Shown: positions 1 to 14,185, counted from the stretch's first letter. The stretch: 64,000 nt of DNA from Centroscyllium fabricii (GCA_051313645.2 JBNRSN020000020.1:52452001-52516000); one strand, 5' to 3'. Notes: generated by a model from the sequence alone, not told the origin. A program made the numbers and translations.

Positions 1-1720
1 AGCAGGAGGCCATATCCACCCAGGGTGTTCAGGGAGCAGTCCTCCTACCTCAACCTCAGTGAGGAACAGTGCATGTGGTGTCTCTGTTTCATTAAGGAGG
101 TGCTCTCTATAGAGGGTTGACACAGATAACTTTGGGTAAGTCGGTTCGGCCCGACTACCTCGTTGAGCGGTTCGAATCGTCCGACCCCTAGGTTCTAGAC
201 ATAGGTGCAGGAACAGCGATGCAGAGAAAACTCGGTAGACACTTGGTTGACTGAAAAACAAATGAAAATTTTATTGCACAAAACGGGGAAGCAAAATGTT
301 GATGATATAGAGTGGAGGAAGACAAAACAATCAATGCTAACTTACACTACAGGCATACAAACTCTTTCAACTTACCATGAAATGGGGAAACACACGGAAC
401 ATCGAGGGACAACAACTGATGTTAATTATCCCCTTAATTCCCACCCCTAACTCTGACTAGATCATACTATGAGGGATCAGAAAACATGCTCACCAATCCA
501 AACTGCGAGTGGGTTGGAGTTCTTTGCTTAAAGGTCTCTCGGGCCTGCCGTCGTCACATGGTTTTCGGGTCCTGCGGTGTGGTGTTTGGACTCGCGTACC
601 CCAAGCTAATAGTGCTGCTTGGGTACCTCGCTTTTCAGGTGCGGTGAAGTGTCTCGCTACTCCTGATCTGCAGAATGATGGTGCTGCCTGATTTTTGTAC
701 TTCTTCTTCTTCTTCGACGGTGGCACAGGCAGGGACCAGGGGGTCAGAGCGGGACTGAAGAGCAAGAAAACGAGGTCGGCGGACTGGAGACAAAAACAGT
801 GGACTGAGTCCCACTTTGTTATTCTTAGTATCCAACGCTTCTGGTGTGTCCGCTCTGCTGGCCCTTAGTGCCTGGCTCGATTGATGGTGATTCGCTCCAT
901 GGCCACATTGTTATGGGCGAAGGTGACGCATGGCCCACGCTGCCCGATGCACGACATGGTACGACACGACTCACCGATGGTTACCCTTGGTCCACAGTTA
1001 TACTTTACTGGGGAGCCCTTATCTCCCGCCATATCAGGTTAGTTCTTTGTTTTGTTTTGGCGGGCCCATTAACCAGCGGGGTAGCGATCTGAGTTAATCA
1101 GTTTTGGGATGGCCGGTAATCGCTGTTCCCGGCCTATAACGACCTTACATTGTTCTAAATGGGTACCGATGGGCCTACTTGGTCTCGATGGCCCTTTTAA
1201 TCTGTTCCCCTTTGTCTGTGTAAACAGTACCGATAGCCTTTATTTACAGGCTCGAATGCCTTTGGACCTGTGTCCAATGCATATGTATGCATTCCTGTCT
1301 GGGTTTGCAAGTGCCAAAAGTTATTTTTCCCCGTGGCTGCAGACTGAATCCACAATCTGTCTGCTTGCTGCAGTAATCATTTTTAAAGTGTCCCAGGTTG
1401 CCAGTCACGAGGTTCGGCGGCCATTTTGTATGTGCCTTTTCTTTTAAAACAGTCCAAAACAGGGCTTCTTTTGCTAGAATAGTCCTTTAAGAACGGCAGA
1501 AAATTTGGCGAATTAAATCTGTCACCTGTTACAGGCAGACCTGAAGCCTCAGAGCAGGACGAGGACAGCATTGCCAGTGGCTGTGAAGATGAGCATGCCA
1601 ATGACTTTTTAAGTGTCAGGATCCTTCCAGGCTGGAGCATGTGACATTTGCAACATCTCACATTTCACCATTCACTGCTGCATAAGGGAGGTCACTGAGG
1701 CTCTGTATGCAAAGAGAGGT
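1..1720 (+). pseudogene. Decayed Harbinger (HARBI1-like) transposase fragment split by an LTR insertion at ~108-1514
   Basis: 1-107 reads RRRPYPPRVFREQSSYLNLSEEQC..KEVLS. It resumes at ~1516 with ICHLLQADLKPQ..ALPVAVK..GSFQ..DICNIS..HCCIREVTEALYA, matching the Harbinger transposases at 10513 and 54868. Confidence 0.75.
108..1514 (-). mobile_element. Solo LTR-like insertion (~1.4 kb) related to the LTRs of the 43370-51944 element
   Basis: Interrupts a Harbinger ORF. Shares TGAGCGGTTCGAA..CCCCTA.GGTTCT.GACA, minus-strand AATAAA (~271) and TATAA (~998), plus a GCCATTTTGT block, in the same order as the big LTR. Right terminus and TSD are unclear. Confidence 0.65.
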
Positions 1721-1904
1721 GAATATATCTATTATATATGTATATATATATATATAGTGTGGCAACTAGCTGAGCTTGCATGACTTCAATCTGAGCTTCC
1801 ACTGCAGCACTCAGATGTTGGGATGCTTCTAATTGTGCTGCCATGGAAGCTGAGACATCGACCATCAGATGCTGCATCATGGTTGGGTTCACAAGTGTGC
1901 TAAT

Positions 1905-3166
1905 AAGAACATAAGAACATAAGAAATTGGAGCAGGAGTAGACCATTCGGCCCTTCAAGCCTGCTCCACCATTCAATTAGATCATGGCTGATCTTCCGCC
2001 TCAACTCCATTCACCGGCCCTATCGCCATATCCCTTGATGCCTTTACTAGTCAGAAATCTATCGACATCTGTTTTGAATATACCCAATGACTGAGCCTCC
2101 ATAGCCCTCTGGGGTAGAGAATTCCAAAGATTCACCACCCTCTGTGTGAAGAAATTTCTTCTCATCTCAGTCATGAATGGCCTACCCTTTATCCTGAGGC
2201 TGTGGCCCCTGGTTCTGGACTCCCCAGCCAAGGGAAACATTCTCCCAGCATCCACCCTATCAAGCCCTATAATAATTTTGTATGCTTTAATGAGATCCCC
2301 TCTCATTCTTCTGAATTCAAGAGAATACAGGCCTAGTTTACTCAATCTCTTCTCATACGACAGTCCCGCCATCCCAGGAATCAATCTCGTGAACTTTTGT
2401 TGCACTTCCTCTATGGCACGTATATCCTTCCTTAGGTAAGGAGACCAAAACTGTACACAGTACTCCAGGTGTGGTCTCACCAAGGCCCTATATAATTGGA
2501 GTAAGACCTATTTACTCCTGTACTTAAATCCTCTTGTAATGAAGGCCAGCATATCATTTGCCTTCCTAATGGCTTGCTGCACCTGCACATTCACTTTCAG
2601 TGACTCATGTACAAGGACACCCAGGTCTCTTTGAGCATCTGCATTCCCCAATCTTTTACATCATTTCGGAAATACTCTGCCTTTCTGTATTTCCTACCAA
2701 AGTGGATAACTTCACATTTATCCACATTATATTCCATCTGCCATGTTCTCGCCTACTCACTGAGCCTGTCGAGATCCCCTTGAAGCCTCTTCACATCCCC
2801 TTCACAACTGATGCTGTCACCTAGCTTTGTATTATCAGCAAATTTGGAAATGTTACATTTAGTCCCCTCATCCAAATCATTGATAAAGATCGTGAGTAGC
2901 TGGGCCCAAGCACCGATCCTTGCGGTACCCCACTAGTAACAGCCTGCCATCCTGAAAAAAAAAATGTTTATACCTATTCGTTGTTTTCTGTCTGTTAACC
3001 AATTCTCAATCCATGCTAGTATATTACCTCCAATTCCATGTGCCCTAATGTTGTTTACCAACCTGTTGTGTGGGACCTTATCAAAGACCTTCTGAAAATC
3101 CATATACACCACATCTACCAGTACCCCTTTGTCTACTCCAATAGCTACATCCTCAAAGAACTTCAA
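1905..3166 (-). mobile_element. CR1 LINE 3' fragment (RT C-terminal region, 3'UTR, repeat tail)
   Basis: ORFs 2933-3166 (YMDFQKVFDKVPH) and 2001-2483 (VRPHLEYCVQFWSP..NFFTQRVVNLWNSLP); (ataagaac)n tail at ~1905-1925. Confidence 0.9.
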
Positions 3167-3169
3167 TAG

Positions 3170-5915
3170 GTGGAGTTGACCACCACTTTCATGCTGGAAA
3201 GGATGGGCTTTAAACTCTGCACAAAGCCCTGTGCAAGGTTAATGCTGGACTCCTCCACGTTCCTTGACACTGCCCTCAGGCTTTCTGACAGGCTTGCCAT
3301 GAACCAAGCATTTCAATGCGCAGACTCATCAGCCTTCTTCTGTAGGCCGCCGCATCAAAGTCTTCATCTGAGTCCTGTGCAGCAGAACTCATACGCAACC
3401 TCACCCTCCGGGGGAGCTGGCACATGCACCACCCTTTCGCCCTACCCTGGTTGCAGCCCACTTGTGCCCGGTGACTCACCACTTGCAGATCACGACTCTA
3501 ATGCAACCCTCTAAAGCACGTGCAGTGCCAGTATCTGAGCTGGTGGCTGCGAGTGTGAGATTGAGCGATGGTGTTTCTTCTTCATCAGTGTCTTCATCCT
3601 CTTCCATCACTGCCTGCCCTGGTTGGTGCTCTTGTGTGTCTGAAAGGAGAAAGGCACAAGGGCAGGGTGACTGGAGGGGGGAAAGCAAAAGGTGTGTGCT
3701 TACACTGTGTGCAGCTTGCAAATCAGAAGAGATTGTGGGATGAGGGGGATGTGAGAAGGAGGATTAGGTATGAGCATACAGTCATCTTCAATGGATGCAG
3801 CTCCACCGCTGTCCACGGCCTCAGACATGGCCACTCCATAATGGCAAGCACCGTCTCCTCCATCGGGTTAGGATATGCAGGCACATCTCTCCCCCTCCGG
3901 TTAGCTGCTGCTGGCTGCGGTTGTGAGCCACCTTATCCTGCAAGAGAGAGGGAGGTGTGCCACTGTGTGTGCTGCAAAGCGTTTGATTGATGGGGCTGTC
4001 ATGTTTGAATAGCTGTCAGTGTGTGAAAGCAGCGAGATGAGGGTGTGAGGCTTACAGCAATGCTAAGTGTGAGGTGCAATGTTCCCTCTAATTTTTCTTT
4101 TCCTGCACGTGCCCTTTTCATTAGCCGTGTGGCTACGCATGCACAGCATCTCGTCCAGTGGCAGCAGCTGGTGTGCGGCCTGTGTGGGACCTCGTGACTG
4201 GTACGTGGCTGCACTCCCCAGGGTACCATTTGTGAGGTGCAGCATATCAATGCAAGTTATGAGTCGTGATTGCTAGAGATTGTTGGTAGGCGAGTGATAG
4301 GGTGTGATGCATTGAGCAGTGTGTGAGGCTAATGGTGCAGTTGGTGGGATATGGCATTTGAAGATGAATTCACTGACATTGAGCACTCGTGTGAGGTCAC
4401 TGAACTTCCAGGTCCTCGAGCAACACTGCTGGCGTTGACCTCCATGGCTATCTGCTCCCACTACCTTCGGAGTTTCTGTCTGGACGGCCTCCTGTCGCCC
4501 TGGGTATACAGGACCTCTATCCTCCTGTTCACCTCCTGCACTGAGGCCTCCAGAGGCTTGGCGTCCACCCTCTGGCATGTTGTGCCATTCCTGATTCTTC
4601 CATAGGTCAAACTCACTTCTGGAATGACTTCCAGCATCTGCTCTCATCAAACTTCACCTTCCCTTTTAGAGGGTGCAGTGCTGCAAACGTTTCAATGATC
4701 GCAGTAGATCACAAAACTTTAGTACAAAGTCAATCTCAGCTTCACCCTGCTGTGCCTCTCATCACATCCCCAGCACTCTGCCTTCCCAACCCTACTCCTG
4801 CACATCCTTACTCACACCAACTTACTCTGCACCTCCACCCAACCCTCTCTACATACATTATCAATTCCTCATCTCACTAGCCACCCCTCACACTCACCCT
4901 CATCCTAGTGCAATCATACCAACTAACATCACACAAGGGTAGACACTTGGATGTTTTATCCAATGTTTATGTAAAGTTTCTGTTAATGTGGTATCAAACA
5001 TAAAAATCTTAATTTTCCACACTTTACACTCTTGGACAGATTTGTGTGCACCTTTGGAAGTGGCTTAGTGAGTTGCAGTGAATGGTGAGACATAAAAGTA
5101 CCCCCCGCAATGGTGATTAGTGTGAAAGGAATGACTTGGGCATTGTCGGGATGCTTTATGGTGCTGATGTGAGGTGGTGCCAACCTGGCGCATCATGTGG
5201 CAGCCATATGGGTGTACAGCGTAAAGTTAAGTAAATCTGGCCTCCTGGACAGCAATGTGGTCGGGTGCTGATGCCCTCTGTCCTGTGCAGCATCAGTTGA
5301 TTGCAGAGAAGGTTGGCGTTGTTGCTGGTGCTGCTGATGTTGGGGCTCATTGTGGTTGAATTCTGCGGACCAAGGTGAGACAGTACAAACGGCACCCATG
5401 TTGATGGAATAGATGGCAGGTGGAGTACAGATGGCAGAAGCATTCTGTCAATGGTGGGAGAGTTCTTCTAATGAGGTGACATTGGATGGAGACTTCGCTG
5501 GAAACACTTGCAGCCAGCAGAATCTGTGCTGGAAATGGACTGAGCAACAGCTTCTGCCTGAGGAAAGTGATCATCTGTTAGGTGGGAGCTTTTACTGTCA
5601 AGTCATCAGCTGGAGCAATGGCAATGGAACTCCCACCTCAGGTTGACAGACTTGATTCCCTAGCTGCGTAAATTCCATGGCCATGCAGGAGAAATTTAAA
5701 AAGCAAGTGGAAAAAGTACCTGTAAATTACCTGATAATCATCTCAATTGGGTCCTCCACTGCTGCAGGTCAGGTCAGTTCCACGCTGACGGACACGCCTG
5801 GGGGAAAGGCACCTGGAAACGAGATGACAGCGGGTTCCCCTCCCACTGTCAAAAGTAATAACTTTCCTACCCGACCCGCCATGGATCGTGCCCTCTACCA
5901 CCCCGATAAAATCCG
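3170..5915 (-). mobile_element. Degenerate Harbinger-derived element (Myb/SANT-like gene remnants and transposase remnants)
   Basis: 4273-4650 resembles the Myb-like exon at 33705 (..KFSDLTRV); 4930-5450 resembles transposase termini with CAG/GCA-rich tracts. Confidence 0.55.
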
Positions 5916-7257
5916 GACATTGTATACGAGCTCAAGTTGACAACTTTGAACATATCTGGATTACAATCATAAAATGTGGTGGGCCTTAAAGGTTTGCCAC
6001 CAATACTAAATAATAGCAGGACTATTGATTTCTATACATTTTATTCCCCTTCTAACATTGAAAACCATAGCATCTTCAGCTTAAATTGCTTTAGGCCAGT
6101 GGAGTCTGTTTTTAAGGGTAAGATTTCCTTGTCTTGAATTATAGAACAAAGACGTGATTTTGAATAATAGTTTCTGTAAAATACATTATACATTAACTGT
6201 TGCCCTTTTGATCTTGTAACTTGTTTTATCTCAAAATATACTGGATAAATGACAACCTAAATATTTAAAGGAAAAGACGGTCATAACTATATATTCTGCT
6301 TCCAATTCTCCCTCCTGTCAAATGGTTCTATTTTAGCATCTTAGTTTTTTGGTCCTGATCCTTGTGATCTTTGACTGAGGATTCTTGTTAAAATTCTGGT
6401 GCAATGTGCTTATGTGCAGCTGAAAGGAATATAAAAAAGGCAAGGCAAAGCCAGAGTGTGATGGACTGATTAAACGGAGGATGTGAAGCACACATGAATT
6501 TTTGAACATGTTGTCAAATTTTCAGGTCTCTGATTGTGAAGGAATAAGTAATAAGCCATATTCAGAAAAAGACACCATCCTATGAAAGAAAAAGCCTATT
6601 AAAACATGACATACTGGGCTTGGAATTCTGGAAGCCTTAACAATCAAAAGCTGTCAACAGCATACAAGCTATTGAGATAAGATAAGCTGTTGACACTGAG
6701 ACAATAGCCCTATTGAAGTAAAAGGTTGGAGTTTCCTAAAAGTCTGAAGCCTTGGAAAAAAACACAATAGCCATACTCAGTTTAAGTGTTATAAACCAAC
6801 ACTTCGGAAAGAATCACATAAATTAAAGAAACATATGCCTTTGTAAAAATGACATCTAATGAAACACAGAGGCACAAGTCTGTGGTACAACCAGCTGAGG
6901 TGATTAAGAATTGCATAGATCATCCTAAGTAAGATGTTCTAAATGCAAAAGATACAAATAGGAGACTTTGATAAGAATGACATCAAATAGATGCACCTGT
7001 TACAACCGTTTTTGATGATAAGCTTGAGACACCTACACAACAGACATAATTCTGCAAGCTACCAGCTGAGCTGCCTGTAAGAAACGCAGGGGTCAGCAGA
7101 AGAATGACCAGAGATAATTAGCTTACATCAGCAGAAAGCTTCAAATGATATCCCACTGAAAAAGGGTATGAAAATTCAAATGGAAGGATAGATACACTGA
7201 AAGGGGCAAAACAATTATCAGGCTGCAGAGGCAAGCACTGGAAACCTTCAACTCATT

Positions 7258-8030
7258 GGCCGAAAAATTGGTCACTGCACAAAAAGTGGCGCTGACCTGG
7301 GCGATGCACTATTTTTAACGCCAGCTCATCGCTGGCACTAAAAATGACGATATTGGCGGCATCGCCCATTCCGTTTGGGCGGGTGGGTGATGAATCGGGT
7401 GGGCCGCCTCGCTCTTAGTGCGAGGTGGCCAAATACCTGGGCGCGGGCGCCGTGCTGCGTGAGGGAGGCTGCAGTGGCGGCCTGCGGAATGGCAGGCTGG
7501 CCTCCCCCATTAAAGCGAGGGGCATAGCGCGGCTGCGGCCAGACCCCCCCGGGGCCGCCGAGGGACCGGGAGCCGCAGAAAGAGCCCGGCACTCAGGGGA
7601 AGTGCCGGGCTCAGCTGAGGGAGGCCTGACCCCGCTGGGGAGCAGCGGGGGAGGCCGGAGGAGGCCGAGGGGGAAGATGCTGGCGGTCGGCCAGCAATAA
7701 AAATGGCTGACCTCTGCACTTCCCTTTAAGCAGCGCTCGGGCGCTGCTGTTAGGACTGCAAAAAGCTGGCACGGGCAGAGCACCACGATAAAACAGCGGG
7801 CGCTGCCCAATTTCGGCCGCGCAGCGCCTCCCAGGCACTGCACTGCCTGATGATGTCATTCACGACATCCAGCTGGGCACTAAATTTGGTGGGGCGCTAC
7901 CAGTTAGCTCCCAACTTAGCGCCCAGCTGAATTTAGCGCGGGGCGCTATTTTTGCCGCTAATTCAGCGCCGGCCCATTAGCGCCATTTTGGGCGTCAATC
8001 TCCCGGCGCTGGAGTGCCAATTTTTCACCT
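7258..8030. mobile_element. GC-rich Harbinger-type MITE
   Basis: Imperfect TIRs ggccgaaaaattggtcact / agtgccaatttttcacc; absent from the second copy of the host LTR. Confidence 0.65.
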
Positions 8031-8464
8031 TTGTATCTCGGGGATCAAGGTAACTGTATTTGATTTTGGTGGATATCCTGGGATAAGACTAAGGAATGTA
8101 AAAATGTAAAAAGTTAAGATTTGAGAATAAGGATCTCTAATAATAAAAATTGTAAAAGCTTGTTGTATTTGGAACTGTTAATGTCGCGATTGAAACGCCT
8201 ACTATAATTACATGCCAGTGCTTTAATAAATCTATACTTTTTTAGAATTGTCTCACATAGTACTTCTGTATCAAACTCGTAAATTTAATCTTTGTACACT
8301 TTTTGGTGAGGAGTTGCAGAATTCTGGGGGAGTTTTCCAGACCCTCATAATATCTGGAAGGTTACAGTCTAGTTAAACTTATTAAAAGTGCTATCTGAAG
8401 AACGGTAACATTTTCAGGCTGTTCCTTTCCTTTAGGGAAAGATAGTCTGGTCCTTTAAACCCAA

Positions 8465-9628
8465 TCAATTCAATTCAATTCAATTCAATTCAATTCAATT
8501 CAAGTTTAATTGTCATTGCAGAGTACTAGTACAATACAATGAGACGAAGACTCGACTCTCCCGAGAGTAGTGTAAACAAAATAAATAAATTAAATAAATA
8601 AATTGCATACAGTAAAGTTCATTATCAGGCGTGCAGGTACCAGAGTTTCTTTTTAGAGTTCAGGAGGCTGACAGCCCTGGGGATGAAGCTGTTCTGAAAT
8701 CTAGTCGTGCGGGTGCAAATTGCTCTGTAGCGTCTCCCGGAGGGCAGAGGGGCGAACAGACTGTGGCTGGGGTGTGTGGGGTCTTTTATAATGTTCATAG
8801 ACCTCCGTAAGCAGCGTTTGAGGTAGATGCTTTCCACTGACGGTAGCTGTGTACCGGTAATTCGTTGGGCAGTTTTGACTACCCGCTGCAGGGTTTTCCG
8901 GTCCGAGATAGTGCAATTACCATACCAGACAGTGATGCAGCTTGTCAGTATGCTTTCTATTGTGCAGCGGTAGAAGTTGGAGAGGATGCCGGATGCCAGC
9001 CTGGCTTTCTTCAGCTTCCTAAGGAAGTACAGGCGCTGTTGGGCCTTCTTAACCAGAGAGGAGGTGTTTAGTGACCAGGAGAGATCTTCCGAGATGTGGA
9101 CCCCGAGGAACTTGAAGCTGGACACCCTTTCCACCTCAGCCCCTTGGATGAAGGTGGGGGTGTATCTTCTGCTTCCAGTCCTCTGTAAGTCCGCTATGAT
9201 CTCCTTCGTTTTCTTGGTGTTCAGTGCCAGGTTGTTGTCGGCACACCAACCCACAAGGCGCTGGATCTCATCCCTGTAGGCTGACTCGTCGTTGTTGGTG
9301 ATCTGGCCAACCACCGTGGTGTCATCCGCGAACTTGATGATCGTGTTGGAGCCATGGACAGCCGCACAGTCATGAGTGAAGAGGGAGTAGAGGAGGGGGC
9401 TGAGCACACAACATTGTGGGGCCCCCGTGTTCAGGGTAAGGGGGGGGGGAGGTGAGGTTGCCTAACTTCACAGACTGTGGTCTGTTGGTTAGGAAGTCCA
9501 GGGTCCAGTTGCAGAGGGAGGTGTTCAGGCCGAGGGTGAGGAGTTTGGTAGACAATTTGCTGGGGACGATGGTGTTGAATGCTGAGCTGTAGTCAATAAA
9601 CAGCATTCTGATATATGTATCTTTGCTA
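8465..9628 (-). mobile_element. Rex1/Babar-type LINE, 5'-truncated RT
   Basis: ORF 8625-9407 [36 protein letters not shown]; upstream [14 protein letters not shown]; (CAATT)n tail at 8465-8502. Confidence 0.85.
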
Positions 9629-10512
9629 TCGAGCATCTTTAGGATTCGGCTACCTCTAACTTTAGTTGAAAGTGAACGTCTGGGGAATATGCCTGATCCG
9701 GGGTAGCTCAAAAGGGACTAGGACTAGTAATAATCCCTTTCATGATCTCCTTTTTGATTACCCTAATGATATAATGGTATTCCGCCTCACTGTCACTGAC
9801 CAGTTCCTTGTAACTTCATGGGGTCAATTTTCCCTGCGCCATTAGGCGGGCTTTTAGGCAAATGGGGAGGCAAAATAGCAAAAACGGGGGGTCGCAACAC
9901 CTCTTGCCGGATTCCCCACACATCATGAATTTCCCCCTGGCGTGTCTGGTCAGCTCGATTCAGTCCTGCCCGCGATCGGCGGGAATGGTCTTTCGGCACC
10001 TTAATCATCGTTAATTGGCATCTTTAATGCCATTTTAAGGGCCCCTTGCTATTTTGAGCCTTTTCCCACGTAAAACACGCCTGGTGGGATCCACGCCAGT
10101 GAAACCTGACGGGAACACTATTGGCTTGCTGACTATCAGTTGCAGGTCAATCATAAAAGAAGAGATTTAATCAGCCATCATTTGCAGCCGGCAGGACTTT
10201 GTAGTTTCAGGCCTGGGGCAACTTGTTCCAGGCTTAACCAGACCTGTGGAAGGTTGGAGCCTCAGACACTTCTCCAGTGTGACCACCTGGGAAAGCCCTC
10301 TCGCCACCCTCAGTCAGCGCTTCCTCAGCGGAAGCATCTACCAGAAGCATGGGACGCCCTTTCTTCCCTTCTTGGCATTAGAGGATTTCTAGCAGCAGAC
10401 GCGGAAGCAGTAGAACCAGGAACAACAGCAGCACCAGCAACAGCAGCAGCAGCAGGAGCCACAGGCTCCTGCTCACCCACCGGAGGCAGCACAGGCCAGA
10501 GGGGGCCAGCGC

Positions 10513-11585
10513 ATGGAAGCCTGTCGGCGCAGGAGATACCCCGCCAACAGGGTCTACAGACACAGGGTCAACTACCTCAAAAAGACTGAGCAGCAGTTCC
10601 AAAGGCGGCTCCGACTTTCGCGACAGGTAGTGACTGACATCTGTGCAATGCTACAGCAAGTCCTGGAGCCCAGAGCAACAGGTGGGCACTCCTTACCAGT
10701 GGCCATCAAAGTCACCACTGCACTCAACTTTTTTTCCTCAAGCTCATTCCAGGGATTATCAGCAGACATCAGCGGCATTTCCCAGTCGGCCACACACACT
10801 TGCATCACACAGGTAACCGATGCTCTCATTGCCCTCGCGCACAATCACATCCATTTCACCAAGGATCGCGCAAGTGTGAGGACGCGAGCATTTGGATTAG
10901 CTAATCTGGCAGGCTTTCCAAGTGTGCAGGACGTCATTGACCGCACACATGTGGCTCTTAGGGCACCCCATTGCAGTCCAGGTGCTTTTGTCAACCGCAA
11001 GGGCTTCTACTCCCTTAATGTTCAGCTGGTGTGTGACCACAAGAAGGAGATTCTGCATGATTGTGCCAAGTACCCTGCCAGTTGCCATGACTCATTCATA
11101 CTGCGCCAGTCTACTGTGCCTCCGCTCTTCAGTCCGTCAAACGAACTTCAGGGATGGCTAGTTGGAGACAAGGGCTATCCCCTGAGGACTTGTCTAATGA
11201 CACCAGTGAGGGCGCCAGCAAACGAGGCTGAGGAGCACTACAACTCCAGCCACATTTCCACCAGATGCATTATCGAGCAAACCATTGGCTTTCTGAAAAT
11301 GTGATTCAGATGCCTAGATAGATCAGGTGCAGCACTCCAGTACTCCACAGCCAGGCTCTCCAAAATTTTTATGGTTTGCTTTGCACTTCATAACATGGCA
11401 CAGCGTCGTGGCTTGCAGATTCCTGAGGACCAAGTGGCTCCTCACATACCCTCCTCAGATGAGGAAGAGGAAGAGAAAGAAGAAGAGGAGGAGGAGGAAG
11501 AGGAAGAGGAAGAGGAAGAAGAAGAAGATTATTATTATTATTGCCCGGGATGCAAGCAATGCAATATCCTGACCAGATTTGCTTA
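10513..11585 (+). pseudogene. Harbinger DDE transposase (HARBI1-like), premature stop at 11302
   Basis: [64 protein letters not shown]; acidic C-tail. Confidence 0.85.
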
Positions 11586-13899
11586 GCCTTGTACATCAAA
11601 CACTTTAGCCACGCTGCTGCTTCCCTGAGCATCGATAATGGCTGAAACCTATGGATTCCTAGCTATTTGACCAGCAGCCTGACAACTGCAAGTAATCCTA
11701 AGCCCTCAATGTGAAAGCCCCATTGGCAAAATGAGATGTGCCACAACTGTAACAGTTGCCATCCGATTTTTTATGTACATGATTCATATGATGGCTTTCA
11801 CACATTAAACATCAAATTTCACCCAAGTGACTACCCTTGTGACTATTTGTGCAGTTTCTTTCTCTTATGTGTGCTCCAACATAGTGTTTCCATGTGGCTT
11901 CAGCAGATGTGGAGGCCCCTTGCTTACTTTCCTGTTGCTCCTGTCTCGACAACTTTGGCGGGCGTCCTCTGGGGCAGTGAGCCTGTGAGGGCTTGTCAGC
12001 AGTCTGCTGCTCCTGTGGCTGTGCAGGAGTTGAGACGTCTATTTCACTTGGGAATGGACTCCAGCGGGGCTCTGACCGATGGCTCTGCAGTGGCATGGAA
12101 GTGTGAGCACTTGGAGAGGAGCCCCCACTTCCTTGAGGACTGCCACCAACCTCCCTCACATGGGTCAGGTCCCCTGCAGCACCTGCAAGTGGCTGGAGAT
12201 CACCTTACTGCACATCAGAGGGGCCACAGGGACCTGTATCTGTATTGGCAGTCCTAGTCAGAAGGACTTCCATGAAGGTCTGGTTTCTCTGTTTAATAGA
12301 TGCCCATTGACGTAATAAAGACTTACTATGCTCTTGGTTGAATATAAAGCAAGGCTTTATTCGACTTATAACAAAATATAGAGAGAGCTTGTTAGCAGTC
12401 CCTAGCTTCCTGGTTTCAGATTGTCTCCGGCCAAGGTGGGCCCATGCCCAAGTATTTACACTCCTCGGATGCTGCCCTCAGCCAGTAACAATTCCTGAGT
12501 TATTTCTAGAGTCGTGATTTACGACATTCTTACTCCCTAGGTTTGGGTGGCCGGTTCTCCTTTAAAGGACCAAGCGGACCAAAAACAGCCGTAGTCATTT
12601 CACTCTCTGCTTGTGACTAGAAGGCACGTCTCCCCAGACCGTGTCCTGGTCCCTGGGTCGCTTGGCCCATACCGGTGGACCGGTAGAGTCTGTGTCATCT
12701 TGATCATCCTGTGGAGGACGGGCAATATCGTGACTCTGAATGTGAGCCCCCACAGGCGCTGAGCTGGCCTCATCCTGGGTCGCAGCTGGAGATTGACCAG
12801 CTTCCTGGTTTCGGGTGGCCATCCCACGGGGAGCGCTCGACTCCCTGAGTTGATTTGGTAGGGCAGCCGGCAGATCCCTCGATGTCCCAGGTTGGGCGTC
12901 ATCTTCATTAGGGTGTAGAGTGTTATCATCGCTGGATCCCCCTTCATTCGGACTCGTGTGACTGGTTGGGCAGGGAGCCAGATCCCTGAGTGACACTGTG
13001 GACTCCCGGTACCGCACCTGTGCATACGTGGGGTTTACCTCTGTTAGCTCCACCTCATCAACGAGGGGGTCATTCTTGGCCGATCGGACGAATCTCCGGA
13101 GTAACATGGGGCCTGGGGCCACCAACCATGATGGTAGAGATGTCCCATGTGTGGAGCGATGCTGAAAGTTAAAGAATCACTCGTGAGGCATGACATTAGT
13201 AGCTGTAGAAAGGAGCGACCGAGTGTAACATGTCAGGGAGCACGGTTTCCCACTGCTGGTCGGGTAAGTTGCATGACCTCAGTGCCAGGCGGACAGCGTT
13301 CCAGATGATGGCACTGTACCGCTCGACCTGCCCATTATCAATTGGGTGATATGGTGTCGTCTTACTCATGGCGATTCCTCATTGGGAGAGATAGCTTTTA
13401 AGCTTGCTCGACATAAAGGAGGAACCTCGATCACAATGGATGAATTTGGTCATACCACAAAGAGAAAAGACTTGATCGAGGCATTTGATAACCATAGAGG
13501 TAAGCATATTAGGACAGGGAAAGGCAAAGGAAAAGTACAAATACTCATCTACCATCATAAGTAGGTAGGTAGGTGTTCCGTGTAGAAGAGGGCAATGGAC
13601 CTTTAAAGTCTATACTGAGTCGCTGCATGGGCTGCATAGCATGTATGAGTAAGCCGTCTGACAGGTGGAAGAATTGCGGTTTCAATTCTGCACAAATCCT
13701 ACAGGAGGAGCAAGCTTTCTTTACATCCTCCGTTGAGAATGGTAGATTTATGGATTGCACGAAGTGCAGCATGCGAGTAATGCCCGGATGGCTTAAGTCC
13801 ATATGGAGATCCGCCAGAGTCGACGATGACATTGAAGAGCAGAATGCCCGTGTGACGGTATCTGGGGCACATTCTGTTTGCCGGGTCGGTAACAGATAG

Positions 13900-14185
13900 T
13901 GTAGTGTAACTACCCGAGGAACTCATCCGATCTCTCTCAGACCTAGAATCCACCTTACCCGAGCAGGCCCGCCCCCATTCCCCTATTGGTCAGTTAGGTC
14001 AAAGGTTACGGTCCCCCATTGGTCCGTAGGGCTGTCACTCAACTGCCCCCACAGTGCTTTGCGTTTTCACGCCGTTTTCTCTCAGTTCTGCGTTGTTGTG
14101 ATTGAATAAAGACTTATTGGATTTTGCTCCGCTGCTTTCCTCCATTTCTCGATTATTTAAGAGTGGGAAACTAAGGTTCCCCACA
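13900..14185 (+). mobile_element. Solo LTR nested in Gypsy pol
   Basis: TGTAG...CCACA termini, ATAG 4-bp TSD, two ATTGG (CCAAT) boxes, AATAAA at ~14105. Confidence 0.8.

Larger units (their letters stand above)
6535..9742 (+). mobile_element. Solo LTR (~1.27 kb net), interrupted by a MITE and a Rex1 LINE
   Basis: Termini TGTGAAGG...CCCTTTCA flanked by TGAT 4-bp TSD (6531-34, 9743-46); AATAAA at ~8225; homologous to the inverted copy at 39981-41100. Confidence 0.8.

Noticed and set aside
11458-11545. GAG/GAA-rich tract giving poly-E or poly-K/R ORFs
   Set aside because: Acidic tail common to the Harbinger transposases here (also at 55868).
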